A stretch of 64,000 nt of DNA. It comes from Squalus acanthias. Taxonomy: Eukaryota. This document shows, in pieces, positions 1 through 12,990 of this stretch; the first letter of the stretch is position 1, and the number at the start of each line of letters is the position of its first letter. The notes under the pieces are model-generated. The model was not told the origin of the DNA. It saw nothing but the letters and a program-made list of their open reading frames with translations, and made no database searches. A program made the translations under genes and the position numbers. The stretch spans positions 111,230,001-111,294,000 of the forward strand of contig CM059431.1 in assembly GCA_030390025.1 (NCBI GenBank), written 5' to 3'.

Positions 1-301
1 TTTTGCCTTCAGGTCCTCTCACAGCAACGGTCTCTCTCTCGCTCTCTCTCTCTCTCGTTGCTCATTTTGCATCCAGGTCCTCTCACAGCAAAGGCCAGGC
101 AGTGTTTGAAGACCTTCAATGCAGCAGCAATGATGACATCATCAGAGGCGACTTTCAGACTGAAAACACTAATTGGTTCATGGGTTCCCACATGCTGGAA
201 CTCAATTGCCCAATTAGGTGAAAATTGCATCAATCTCCCACATCCAATTGCAGTCGGGTGGATAACACAACCCCAACCCGCCCCATATCAAAATCCAGCC
301 C
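1..301 (-). mobile_element. Partial non-autonomous Harbinger-like MITE (family Y), runs off the window start
   Basis: Reverse complement of the left part of 16118-16878 and 60813-61463; ends in TIR AAAATCCAGCCC at 301. Confidence 0.85.
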
Positions 302-516
302 ATTACATCTATTCTGCTCCAATAGCTATGCAACTCCCATTTGTGCAAGGATTAAATATAGAGAGGACTCTCGATGGCTGTCAGTGCAGTCATTGCAAGG
401 CAGTGATCGAATCACCAACTTCAAATTATGTTGAAATCCACAAGAGCAAAGTTTTATTCACCAGCTAAACCCAGAGATTAGATTACAATCTGCAATTCAC
501 TGATTAACACCAAGTT

Positions 517-784
517 GGCCCCAATTTTAACTCCAGGTGGATTCCCCGCTCAGGCCTGAGTTAAAATTACAGTCGGGTCTCAATGATGTCATCGGGCAGC
601 AACATGCCTGTGTAAAGAAGGACCCTGTTGGCTCCGGGCGCGTGTTCTTGCTGCCCGCTCAGAAGAGCAGGTTAAAATTGCAGATGTTGCGATCGTGGCG
701 GCTTTTAGACAGGTAAGAGCCAGGGCGATTTTAACTGCCCACCCACCAGGTTTCTGCTGAGCGAGTAGGGTTAAAATCACCCCT
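517..784. mobile_element. Short MITE with imperfect TIRs
   Basis: GGCCCCAATTTTAA...TTAAAATCACCCCT, flanked by GTT on both sides; right half recurs at about 3792-3904. Confidence 0.6.
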
Positions 785-1500
785 GTTTCTACTACATGGA
801 GGTTGGTGAAATTTTTTTTTAAATTTTTAAAATGTTATTTCAGCCTCAAAAGCTTTGATGCAGGTCGATAGTATGTCACATATTGTAGAGTCCCATATAA
901 TATCAGGTGAGTGATGTAGGACCTCATCGAATTCTGACTTATTTTGGTAGTGAAATATAAAAACAAACTATTCTTTGAATATAGAGCAAAGATCTTCTAA
1001 ATCTATGTTGTAGCATAAATTGTTACTACTCTAACAGTATTAGTAATAGTGTGTCAAATTATTTAGAAAATCTACCCTTTCTTCAAGCAGATCTTTGTCA
1101 AAAAAATCTTACTTATAGAACATAAAATATTGCACTCCTCATTGATGCTAATTATAATAAAGAACACCAAAGATCAGTTAACCAAATAAATAGTATGCCG
1201 CACTTATTTACATAGATTTTATTGCGCCTACAAGACAGTAAGTATTGTGTCTAATGGACACTAAATTATAGCAGATTATATGTTGGAATAGAGGATAGAG
1301 AGCTTCTTTGTTGTGTGTGCTTTACACATAATATTTTATTCAGTGTTTACAGAGTGCGTGAATCGAACTTAAATTGCACATTTTAGACTAAAGCTGCAGA
1401 GAGTAGTTACATAAAATTTACAGCACAGAAACAAGCCATTTGGCCCAACAGCTCCATGTCAGTGTTTATGCTCCACACAAGCCTCCTCCCACTCTACTTC

Positions 1501-2266
1501 GGGCTGGATTTTATCAATGGAGACATGCTGGAGGCGTGACTTCTGATTTCTGGGTTCTAGCCCTGCCCCCAGCGACGTCTGACCAACCCACGCTATTTTC
1601 CCTTGATTGGCATACCGGCCAATTAAGGGAAAGCTGGTGACAGATGACATCAGCGTATGACGCTTCATCTGTCAAAAATGTTTTGACAGACGAATTGTCA
1701 GTGTTTGACAGCTTTGAGAAGCTGTCAAACACTGAAAATCTCTGTTCTAAGGTGAGCCCTTGCACAGAAGGCTCACCAAGACCTCTCTCCTCAGCAGAAA
1801 GTAGAGGGCTGCTGCATCTGAGAATGCAGCAGCCATTCTGTCATCTCTGCCATTGAGATGAGGCACCTCCGGATCCTCAACGGTTGAAGCCTGCCGAAAG
1901 AAGCAAAGGTAAGGAAACTTTTTCCAACACGTTACGCTCACCTCTCATAGTTACCTGTCCACACTTGCAACCATCACTCACCTCTACAGCTGACATTTCG
2001 ACCCCTCTCATCCCCGCAGACCCACTGCTCGCCTCGCTGACCCTGGCGAGGTTCACAGCTGTCGGGAAGCCCTCAATTGCAGGCGTAAAATGGGGAAAAG
2101 CCTCAAAACTGCCTGTTAAATACCTGTTAACAGGCAGTTAATTGGCTCTAATCCCCTTCCCGCCTCGAGGAGACGGGTCCCTGTGCGACTCGGGGACCCG
2201 CCTCCCAGGAAGATGGCATGGAGGCGGGTTGGGACCTGCCTCCTCAGGGCTGGTAAAATCCAGCCC
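1501..2266 (+). mobile_element. Harbinger-like MITE (family X)
   Basis: 12-bp TIR GGGCTGGATTTT/AAAATCCAGCCC; 3-bp TSD TTC (1498-1500, 2267-2269); internal palindromes. Confidence 0.9.
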
Positions 2267-2497
2267 TTCATCTAACTATCAGCATATCCTTCTATTCATT
2301 TCTCCCTCATGTGTTTATCTAGCTTCCCCTTGAATGCATCTATGGTATTCACCTCAACTATTCACTGTGGTGGTGAGTTCCACATTCTCACCACTCTCTG
2401 GGTAAAGAGGTTTCTTCTGAATTCCTTATTGGATTTATTAGTGACTATCTTATATTTATGACCACTAGTTTTAGACTCCTCCACAAGTGGAGACATC

Positions 2498-3342
2498 GGG
2501 CTGGATTTTCTCAATGGAGATGAGTTGAAGGTGGGACTGCTGCTTATCATGTCAATGTCTCACCTCCATCCTCGTCTGACCAACCAGAGGGACTTTCCCC
2601 TGATTGACCTTGTTAAGCCTGCCCTGCGGGCTCAGCAGGCCAATTAGGGAGGAAGTCACTGACAGAGCACGTCAACGTCAGACGTGCTATCTGTCAAGAC
2701 TTCTTGGGAGAAGAAATGTCAGCGTTTGACAGTTCTGTGAAGCTGTCAAACACTGACATTCTCTGTAGTTTGATGAGTCCTTGTGTTCAGGACTCATCAA
2801 ACCTTTCAACTTTGTCGATTTCAGATGGCTATTGGTTCGGAGGATCCAACAGCCAGTCTGTGAAATCAACAATGAGGTAGTCGGGTCTCCCGATCCAGAG
2901 ATGATGAAGGCTGTAGGAAGAAAACAAGGTAAGTGAACATTTTTTTACACTTATCACTCACCTTACATACTTACTAATCCACACTTGCACCCATCACTCA
3001 CCTCTACATCTTACCTCCAGATGCCTCCGAACCCCGCAGACCTCCTCCACATCTCCTCCAACCTGGCGGGGTTCTCTGAGGTCGGGAAGCCTTCACCGGT
3101 GAAGGTAAAATGGCACTAATCCTTTTTTCTGCCTGTTAACTACCTGTTAACAGGCAGTTAAAAGTATTTAATCCCTTTCCCGCCTCCAGGAGATGGGACC
3201 CGAAGCAGGACATCTTCCCGCCTCCTGGCAAAAGGGCACGGAGGCGTATGGGGGCGGGTTTGCCATCCTTCCCCACTTTCTGCTACTTTACCAGCAGTCC
3301 CGCCTCCATGCCTGCCTCCTCAGGGCTTGGAAAATCCAGCCC
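2498..3342 (+). mobile_element. Harbinger-like MITE (family X, diverged variant)
   Basis: Same 12-bp TIR; TSD ATC (2495-2497, 3343-3345); colinear with 1501-2266. Confidence 0.9.
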
Positions 3343-3954
3343 ATCTTCTCTACATCTACTCTATCAAGCCTCTTCATAATTTTAAAACCTCTATAAGGTC
3401 ACCCCTCAGCCTTCTCTTTTCTAGAGAAAAAAGCCCCAGCCTGTTCAATCTTTCCTGATCGCTATAACCTCTCAGGTCTGGTATAGTTCTTGTAAATCTT
3501 TTGTGCACCTTCTCCAGTGCCTCGATATCCTTTTTTTAAGATGAAGACTGGAATTGTGTATAGTATTCTAAGTGTGATCTAAGTGAGGTTCTATATAAAT
3601 TCAACATAACTTCTCTGCTTTTCAATTTTATTCCTCCAGAAATGAATCCCAGTGCTTTGTTTGCATTTATTATGACTTGTTAACCTACATTGCTACTCTA
3701 CAACCATTTCCAATTCAAACAGAGTTTTTGGAATGTTAGGTTCCATCTGGAATTAATGCCAACTCACATGGCAATCAGAAATTCCCTGTCTTTAAAATTG
3801 CAGATGTTGAGATCATGGCAGCTTTCGGACAGGTAAGAGCCAGGGCGATTTTAACTGCCCACCCGCCAGGTTTCTGCTGAGCGAGTAGGGTTAAAATCGC
3901 CCCCAATTTGGCATGGGATCTATAACACCCAACTGAACCATGGAACAGGCAGAC

Positions 3955-4590
3955 AGCCACATAAATACTGTGGTAACAAGAGCAGGTCAGTGACTGGGTA
4001 TTCTGCGGCGAGTGTCTCACCTCCTGACTCCCCAAGGCCTTTCCACCATCTACAAGGCACAAGTAAGGAGTGTGATGGAATACTCTCCACTTGCCTGGAT
4101 GACTGCAGCTCCAACAACACTCAAGAAGCTCAACACCATCCAGGACAAAGCAGCCCGCTTGATTGGCACCCCATCCACCACCTTAAACATTCACTCCCTC
4201 CACCACCGGAATACCGTGGCTGCAGTGTGTACCATCTACAAGATGCACCACAGCAACTCGCCAAGGCTTCTTCGGCAGCACCTCCCAAACCTGCGACCTC
4301 TACCACCTAGAAGGACAAGGGCAGCAGGTGCACGGGAACACCACCACCTCCAAGTTCCCCTCCAAGTCACACACCATCCTGACTTAGAAGTATATCGCCG
4401 TTCCTTCATCGTCGCTGGGTCAAAATCCTGGAACTCCCTACCTAACAGCACTGTGGGAGTAGCTTCACCACACGGACTGCAGCGGTTCAAGAAGGCGGCT
4501 CACCACCAACTTCTCAAGGGCAATTAGGGATGGGCAATAAATGCTGGCCTTGCCAGCAACGCCCACATAAACAAATTAAAAAAAAAGCAT
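3955..4590 (+). mobile_element. 5'-truncated non-LTR retrotransposon (CR1/jockey group, LINE family B), 3' end
   Basis: ORF 4012-4527 (YKAQVRSVMEYS...SWNSLP) matches the 3' end of 28698-31310; GGGCAATAAATGCTGGCC and an A-rich tail. Confidence 0.85.
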
Positions 4591-5576
4591 TTCACCTGTC
4601 GGACAGCACCATGAGCAATACAGTACTAGAGTGGAGTGTAAGCTTAGATTATGAGCTCATAAGAACATGCAGATGTAGACCATTACTACATTTATCATGC
4701 TTTAATGGAAGCACATTGCAGTCTTTTTACCTGATAGATTTTCAAAAGGAGGATTTGTTACACCATGTGCATGTGTTTGGTTAGAAGTTGTTCAAGTGAA
4801 TATGTTTTTAATGCACTCAAACAAGAATTAAAATAACAAACCTTTTTTAAAGACAATATTACCATTAAAATGCTCTCATTAGGAAACTCTTCTTAAATAT
4901 TTCCACCTAGCAGTCTTCAATTCAGCATGTTCCATAGTGAAAAATCAACACAGTTCATCCTTGATAAGCCAAAAAGGTTTGGATTCAATTCAGTCCCAGA
5001 CATCTTCCATATAGTAACATTCAAGTGAACGTGAATGAAATCCAGCATGTGTCTACTCTCTTTCTAGAGAACTATTTTATGCATGAATTAACAGTGACGT
5101 TGCTTATGTACCTTGCTTTAAAACATGCATGACCTTGTCATTTTGATGCTGTTTTTGTTAAGATCAAGCATACAATAAGAACAATTCAATTCACATTGAA
5201 ATTAATGAAAATCCCTGAAAGTTGTGATGGGGAAAATGTTCAAAATAAAAAAGCGATAGTAGTCAAAATTCACATCAAATATTCACAAGTATGGTCTAAA
5301 GAATCATTTTCAAGATAATTTGCAATAACACTTTAGTTATGTTCTACAAAATGAAGGCATGTCTTTTGAATAGTAAATCATTAAATTATGAGCTCATAGC
5401 CAACACCTTCTGATTCAGAAGGGAGTGTGTCGCCCACTTCGTCAAGCTGTAACATTGCTGCTTAATCCCATCACAATGTGTTACGTATTTGATGACTTTT
5501 ATTAAATGGTGGTCAGATCTGGTATCCTGATAAGCGATACAATGTTGGCATTGACAAGTCAATCACCTTAAATTCA

Positions 5577-5776
5577 TTATTCATTAAATTCATTAAATGC
5601 ATTGTTCTCTATCTATATATGCTTTGTCGATTCTGTATTTCTTTACTTCGCCTGACGAAGGAGCAGCAGCTCCGAAAGCTTGGTGATTTCAAATAAAACT
5701 GTTGGACTTTAACCTGGTGTTGTGCGACTTCTCATTTTTGTCCACCCCAGTCCAACACCGGCATTTCCGCATCATG
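5577..5776 (+). mobile_element. Short Penelope-like terminal-repeat fragment (second family) with hammerhead-like motif
   Basis: 12-bp TSD ACCTTAAATTCA (5565-5576, 5777-5788); CTGACGA-A-GGAGC-loop-GCTCC-GAAA core. Confidence 0.7.
5648..5686 (+). ncRNA. Minimal hammerhead ribozyme-like motif
   Basis: CUGACGA, stem II GGAGC/GCUCC, GAAA, palindromic AGCU in place of helix III; helix I imperfect. Confidence 0.6.
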
Positions 5777-6015
5777 ACCTTAAATTCAGTTCAGCAAACT
5801 TTCCATTTTGGTAGTTTCAAAACTAAATTGGCTTAAATTGCAATTTTCACTGAGCTACTTATTTTGACCACAAGCAAATTGCTAAGCCATGTAGCTATAT
5901 GGAGATAGGAGGTAGTGTTCATATAATTAGAATATGGTAACCTCGCTATTAATAGGTTAACATAATATAACAAATGACAACTATGGAACACTTAACAATC
6001 ATACAAGTGTTAACA

Positions 6016-6212
6016 CAATAGCAAATACTGCGGATGCTGGAAATCTGAAATCCCCCCACCCACTCTCCCTGCCTCTGCACCTGCTTAAAACCTGTTACAT
6101 CCCTAACTTTTTCCAGTTCTGACGAAGGGTCACAGACCTGAAATGTTAACTCTGTTTCTCTCTCCACTGATGCTGCCTGGCCTGCTGAGTGTTTCCAGCA
6201 TTTTCTGTTGTT
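6016..6212 (+). mobile_element. Mini Penelope-like insertion (terminal repeat plus inverted 5' piece)
   Basis: 15-bp TSD ATACAAGTGTTAACA (6001-6015, 6213-6227); homologous to the 3' repeat of 6767-8310 and 10043-11512; hammerhead-like core at 6115-6151. Confidence 0.8.
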
Positions 6213-6766
6213 ATACAAGTGTTAACAGTAGTTTGCATCAGTCTATTCCCTGATTCTTTTCTATAATACTTCCAAGACAGTTAATAGCACATGAACTCAT
6301 TACACAACAAATGTTGTAACCTTCTACCAATCATATGATATGATGCATTTGCTTATGTCACAAATACTTGTAATATACATTTACTTCCACTCATGTTAAT
6401 ACGCAGTCACCTTGGCTAGTCTGGAGACTATTAATCCAGGAATTGTAAAAGTATGATAATTAAGTATTTTTCATAATAACAAGGGGGAGCCAGTAGAGAA
6501 CAAAATATAAAAAGGAGTTAGAGTTAAATAGAAGCAAAAAAACTCAAAGTGGCTCAAATTGGATCATTTAATTGGTTCATTTCAGCTGCACTCAGGCTGA
6601 AATTTTGCCCAGATCTGGTCAATTGGGACTTTAATTGACGTAAACTTTTTAAAGTTGGCATGAAATGTGCAGCTGTAGAAAGTGCACCGCTTCATATAAC
6701 CGTGTCTGGCAAATGAACAGCTGCTACCTACGGGTAGAAATATAGAAGCAACATTGGGATTTGTAA

Positions 6767-8310
6767 GATAGCAAAATACTGCGGATGCTGGAAATCCGAA
6801 ATAACAACAGAAAACGCTGGAAAAACTCAGCAGGCCAGACAACATCCGTGGAGAGAGAAAGAGAGTTAACGTTTCAGGTCGAAACCCTTCGTCGGAACTG
6901 AAAGAGCAGGAAATAAACAGATAAAAATGCAAGGGGGAGGCTGGGGGGAGGAATAAAAGAACTTCACATGGTCCATCTCCGACTCTTCCCTCCCCTTCCT
7001 CGACTTCTCCGTCTCCATCTCTGGGGATAGGTTATTGACCAACATTCACTACAAGCCCACTGACTCCCACAGCTACTTGGACTACACTTCCTCCCACCCC
7101 GCCGCCTGTAAGGACTCTATTCCCTTCTCCCAGTTTCTTCGTCTCCGCCGCATCTGCTCCGACGATGCCACCTTCCATACCAGTGCTTCCGACATGTCTT
7201 CCTTTTTCCTCAACCGAGGATTCCCCTCTACCGTGGTCGACACGGCCCTCGACCGTGTCCGTTCCATCTCTCGCACTTCTGTCCTCACCCCTGCCCCTCC
7301 CTCCCGGAACCACGATCGAGTTCCCCTGTCCTCACCTTTCACCCCACCAGCCTCCACATTCAACGGATCATCCTCCGCCATTTCCGCCACCTCCAACGTG
7401 ATCCCACCACCAAACGTAAATTCCCCTCACCTCCCCTTTCAGCATTCCGTAGGGACCGCTCCCTCCGAGACAGCCTAGTCCACTCCTCTATCACCCCCAG
7501 CACCCCTTCCCCTTCACCCGGCACCTTCCCGTGCAAGCGCAGGAGATGCAACACCTGCCCTTATACATCCCCCCTTCCCACTCTCCAGGGCCCCAAACAC
7601 CCCTTCCAGGTGAAACAGCGATTTACTTGTACTTCTTGCAATCTAGTATAATGTATTCGCTGCTCACGATGTGGTCTCCTCTACATTGGGGAGACCAAAC
7701 GCAGATTGGGTGACCGCTTTGCGGAACACCTCCGTTCAGTCCGTAAGGGTGACCCCGAGCTTCCGGTCGCTTGTCATTTTAATTCACCCCTCCACGCTCA
7801 CTCAGACCTCACCGTCCTCGGCCTCTTACATTGTTCCACGGAAGCGCAGCGTAAGCTCCAGGAACAGCACCTCATCTTCCGTTTAGGCACTTTACAGCCT
7901 TCCGGACTCAATATCGAGTTCAACAATTTCAGATCATAACCCCGGCCCCTACCACATATGTATACATTTTATCCACTCTTTTGGTCCGTGCCTTTTTCCT
8001 TTTTTTTCTCTCTCTCCCCCCACGGCAGCTGTCTCTGATTCTGCCAGCATTTCACACCTTACCTTTTGTTTCTCAACCTGTCCCATTACCATCTCGTCTT
8101 GCCTTGAGCATCTCTCAATGTCTCTACTCACTAAAGACCATCCCTTTTGTTCTTTTATTCCTCCCCCCAGCCTCCCCCTTGCATTTTTATCTGTTTATTT
8201 CCTGCTCTTTCAGTTCCGACAAAGGGTTTCGACCTGAAACGTTAACTCTCTTTCTCTCTCCACGGATGTTGTCTGGCCTGCTGAGTTTTTCCAGCGTTTT
8301 CTGTTGTTAT
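6767..8310 (+). mobile_element. Penelope-like element, 5'-truncated, with inverted pseudo-LTR
   Basis: RT thumb (YKPTDSHSYL, SQFLRLRRICS), Cys linker and GIY-YIG endonuclease; 6800-6962 is the reverse complement of about 8147-8310; 13-bp TSD TTGGGATTTGTAA (6754-6766, 8311-8323). Confidence 0.9.
6963..7939 (+). pseudogene. Frameshifted Penelope-like RT C-terminus plus GIY-YIG endonuclease
   Basis: ORFs 7035-7478 and 7706-7939 (GDRFAEH...VACHFN...GLNIEF); frameshift near 7325. Confidence 0.85.
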
Positions 8311-10042
8311 TTGGGATTTGTAATATACTTATTATCCTGTCTAATGAGGTTTGCACCCAGCTTCTCACAAGCTAGTAAGATGAGTCCCCCAACCTAGGTT
8401 ACATCTTTTTTCCATGATTTCACAGGACAGGGGACATCCAGTCTTTACAAATGCCTAACTGTTGGACCTTTGCAGTCACATTCGTAAGGAAATTGTATTC
8501 TTATGACTAGCTGTTAATAAACTCACAGTAATTCTGTGGTGAGGAAGAATATGAGTACAAGCCACCAAAAGCTCAATTTGATACTATTGCAAGTACGGGA
8601 GCAAAAGATAAAATCATTAATTTAACTGGTTTTAAAGCCATAAGGGAAGAGTTGGTGAGGATACAAAAATATGCAGAATCAAAAACTGCTCACTTACTAT
8701 CTCTTGTAAATGTGCACACTTGGCCTGATTGACAGCCTTGCCATAGCAATGGGATGGAATGCAAGGAATGAGCATGAGACAGAATGTGTCCTAGCTGTTG
8801 TAGGTATTCATCTCAGGAGCATCACCCAAGTGTTCACAAACTAGATAACCAGGACCTGTAGGCTGCATCGGCCTGTTGGCTGTAGTTTGGTTACTTCTGA
8901 CCTAAAGATTCATAAAGTGCCAATCTTAGACAGAGTGCATTTTATAGTCATAAAAGCAAGAGTAAATACAAAGGATGTAGTGGTAGAAATTTAACCTAGC
9001 TCTTTGGACTAGAAGGCTGGATATGGTTGCAATCTGGTAATTCAGATCTGTGACCTTCGAGTGACACTTTTGCCTTCTACTGATCTGTGTGTTACCTTTC
9101 CCCATTGGAGGATGAGTAGAAAGAGACACTTATTTTCTGTGCTTCCAACATCTGCTCTTAGGTCTTGGGTGTCATTGGACAAATTGGAAAATTTTCTTTA
9201 CTTTGGAGAGTGATAGTGATGGTGGGACTACCGTGTGCCTGTCATCCACAGCACTCTATTAATATAAAAGTGCCTGATGCCTGGCTCAGCATTAGTGGTA
9301 GTTAGGGTCTAACATGCTCTTCAGTTGATGATCTCAATACTGCCAGAGTTGAAAAGGATACAACAGTAGTCATTTTCCAACATGAATTAGCTGGTGGGGA
9401 GCCTTGCCTGCCAGAAATGCAAATAGGAGATTCCGATTCAGATGTACAATTTTCCAACCATTAATTAAAATTGGCAGAAGATCATGCACAGCACGCCCCC
9501 AAATTTCTGATATACACTTTCAGTGGGCAAGCCTCCCCATTGGCAGTACAACAGCAAAAAATTTACCCCTAGCATCTATTAATCTGTTTCCACAGCCAGT
9601 ACAGAATGGTTCCTCATTAGATAAGGAGTTGGAGGTGGTCTCTGGTAAAGCGAACAAACTCGGAAACATAGCTGTCTAGTAAGATTCTAAAGCTGACTCT
9701 ATACTATCACCTTCATATTGATGTAAAGTGGTTTCCAATGCACAGCATGAAGTAGTAATATAACTCAGGATGAGACGATCTGGATACCTACCTCTGGGAA
9801 CTTTTTAAACTTGGTATATAATCTTTCCAATGTTGTGAGAGAAGCAACACTCCACCTGCATTCTCTCTTAGGCGCCTGGAGAGGGGAGCTCTGCACATGC
9901 AGGCAAGTAGGTATGCAGGGGTAGAGGTCCTTTCTCTCTTCAGCTCTGTGCAACCCATAGAAATGCACAGCCAGGTCTCTACAGCTCGGTCACCTGATGT
10001 CATAAGCCAGACTGTTAAAGGACAACATCTAATATACGACAT

Positions 10043-11512
10043 AAAAACAGAAAATGCTGGAAATACTCAGCAGGTCAGGCAGCATCTGTGGAGAGAGAAA
10101 CAGAGTTAACGTTTCAGGTCGATGACCCTTCGTCAGAACTGGAAAAAGCTGGAGATGGAACAGGTTTTTAAGAAAGTGCAGGGGCAGGGAAAGGGGGAGA
10201 GAGGAGGAAAGAACAAAAGGGAAGGTCTGTGATAGGATGGAAGGCAGGAGAGATTAAGAGACAAAGGGGATGATGGTGCAAGGCAAAAGGAGATGGTAAT
10301 GGGACAAGTTAAGAAACAAAAGATGACTCTAGATGAAGTGTAAATGGCAATGGCAGAATGATCGACAGCTTCCTTGTGAGAGAGAGAAAAAAAAAATGAA
10401 AAAAAGATAGGGGCAGAGGTTATGGTCTGAGATTGTTGAACTCGACGTTGAGTCCATAAGGCTGTAAAGTGCCTAATCGAAAGATGAGGTGCTGTTCCTC
10501 GAGCTTACGTTGAGCTTCATTGGAACAGTATAAGAGGCCGAGGACGGAGAGGTCAGAGTGGGAGTGGAGCGGAGAATTAAAGTGACAGGCGACCGGAAGC
10601 TCGGGGTCACCCTTACGGACTGAACGGAGGTGTTCCGCAAAGCGGTCACCCAATCTGCGTTTGGTCTCCCCAATGTAGAAGAGACCGCATCGTGAGCAGC
10701 GAATACAGTATACTAAATTACAAGAAGTACAAGTAAATCGCTGTTTCACCTGGAAGGAGTGTTTGGGGCCCTGGACAGTGGGAAGGGAGGAGGTAAAAGG
10801 GCATGTGTTGCATCTCTTGCGCTTGCACGTGAAGGTGCCGGGCAAAGGGGAAGGGGTGTTGGGGGTGATAGAGGAATGGACCAGGGTGTCACGGAGGGAG
10901 CGGTCCCTTCAAAATGCTGAAAGGGAAGGTGAGGGGAAGATGTGTTTGGTGGTGGGAACACGCTGGAGGTGGCGGAAATGGTGGAGGATGATCCGTTGAA
11001 TGTGGAGGCTGGCGGGGTGAAAGGTGAGGACAAGGGGAACCCTATCGTGGTTCCGGGAGGGAGGGGAAGGGGTGAGAGCAGAAGTGCGGGAAATAGAACA
11101 GACACGGTCAAGGGCCGTGTCAACCACAGTAGAGGGGAATCCTCGGTTGAAGAAAAAGGAAGACATGTCGGAAGCACTGGTATGGAAGGTGGCATCGTCA
11201 GAGCAGATGCGGCAGAGACGGAGAAACTGGGAGAATGGAATAGAGTCCTTACAGGAAGCAGAGTGGGAGGAAGTGTAGTCCAGTGGGCTTATAGTGAATG
11301 TTTGTCAATAGCCTATCCCCAGAGATGGAGACAGAGAAGTCGAGGAAGGGAAGGGAAAAGTCAGAGATGGACCATGTGAAGGTGAGGGAAGGGTGGAAAT
11401 TGGAAGCAAAGTGAATGAAATTTTCTAGTTCAGGGCAAGAGCAGGAAACGGCACCGATACAGTCATCAATGTACCGGAAAAAGAGGTGAGGGAAGGGACC
11501 TGAGTAGGACTG
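10043..11512 (-). mobile_element. Penelope-like element (Neptune-like Cys linker), 5'-truncated
   Basis: ORF 10420-10845 CKRKRCNTC...LVYCIRCSRCGLFYIGETKRRLGDRFAEH (GIY-YIG); 11-bp TSD ATATACGACAT (10032-10042, 11513-11523). Confidence 0.9.
10104..10140 (-). ncRNA. Minimal type I hammerhead ribozyme-like motif in the Penelope-like terminal repeat
   Basis: Minus strand reads AGUU-CUGACGA-A-GGGUC-AUC-GACCU-GAAA-CG-UU-AACU: intact core, helix I AGUU/AACU, stem II, palindromic ACGU. Confidence 0.7.
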
Positions 11513-11949
11513 ATATACGACATTGCTATCTGTGTATTAAAAAAAAACTTGAAGCAAATGTGAAAAGGTAAATAGTGTTGGAGTCACGCGCTCAGTATAT
11601 TTTGGATAAGATATTTTGATTTGCCCATATTTCGAGGATGCTGCTGGAGTGCTGTGATAATTTGAACAGACCCACTGGATTTGAATTAGATTAAGATTCA
11701 GGTTTCTCAAATTCATGTGCGTCAACTTAGGATGAAATGATTTAGATTTCAAGCTCATCCACTACCTGCAGGACCTAGTAAGTTATCTGTTTTGTGTCTA
11801 TGAGTTATTTTCTAAAATATTCTTCTATTAGCTATACGCATAAATTGCGTGATCAGGCTGCCTGACTTTCACATTTACAGGTTCATTAGGGTTTTCCCAT
11901 GAGGCATAAAACTGGATTATTGAATCATCACCAGCAGCCTCCAAAATCA

Positions 11950-12990
11950 TCAACAACAACAACAACTTGTATTTATATAGCACCATTGACATAGTAAAAC
12001 GTCCCAAGGCCATGGTTGAACGGGACTTAGTGCGAGTTAGGACACGAGCAGCCGAGTTTTGGATGACCTCAAGTTTACGTAGGGTAGAATGTGGGAGGCC
12101 AGCCAGGAGTGCGTTGGAATAGTCAAGTCTAGAGGTAACAAAGGCATGGATGAGGGTTTCAGCAGCGGATGAGCTGAGGCAGGGGCGGAGACGGGCGATG
12201 TTACAGAGGTGGAAATAGGCAGTCTTAGTTATGCTGCGGATATGTGGTCAGAAGCTCATTTCTGGGTCAAATATGACACAAAGGTTGCAAACAGTCTGGT
12301 TCAGCCTCAGACAGATGTTCGGGAGAGGGATGGAGTCAGTGGCTAGGGAACAGAGTTTGTGGCGGGGACCAAAAACAATGGCTTCGGTCTTCCCAATAAT
12401 TGATTGGAAAAAATTTCTGCTCATCCAGAACTGGATGTCGAACAAGCAGTCTAACAATTTAGATACCATGGAGGGGTCGAGAGATATGGCAGTGAGGTAG
12501 AGCTGGGTGTCGTCAGCGTACAGGTGGAAACTAATGCTGTGTTTTCGGATGATGTTGCCAAGGGGCAACATGTAGATGAGAAATAGGAGGGGGCCAAGGA
12601 TAGATCCTTGGGGGACACCAGAGGCAACGATGCGGGAGCGGGAAGAGAAGCTGTTGCAGATGATTCTCTGGCTACAATTAGATAGATAAAAATGGAACCA
12701 GGCGAGTGCAGTCCCACCCAGCTAGACGATGGTGGAGAGGCATTGGAGAAGGATGGAGTCATCAACCGTGTCAAAGGCTGCAGACAAGTTAACAAGGACG
12801 AGGAGGGATAGTTTACCTTTGTCATAGTCACAAAGGATGTCATTTGTGACTTTGATGAGAGCCGTTTCGGTATTGTGGCAAGGGCGGAAACCTGACTGGA
12901 AGGATTCAAACATGGAGTTACAGGAAAGATGGGCACGGATTTGGGAGGCGACAACACGTTCAAGGACTTGAGAGGAAAGGGATGTTGGAG
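11950..12990 (-). mobile_element. L2 LINE RT fragment with short 3' tail
   Basis: [46 protein letters not shown]; tail GCTATATAAATACAAG(TTG)n at 11950-12010. Confidence 0.85.

Larger units (their letters stand above)
1405..3700 (-). mobile_element. CR1 LINE 3' fragment interrupted by two MITEs
   Basis: Minus-strand peptide KTSGHKYKI...RRNLFTQRVVRMWNSPP (CR1 ORF2 C-terminus) and 3' UTR similar to 32520-32935 and 40480-41022. Confidence 0.85.
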
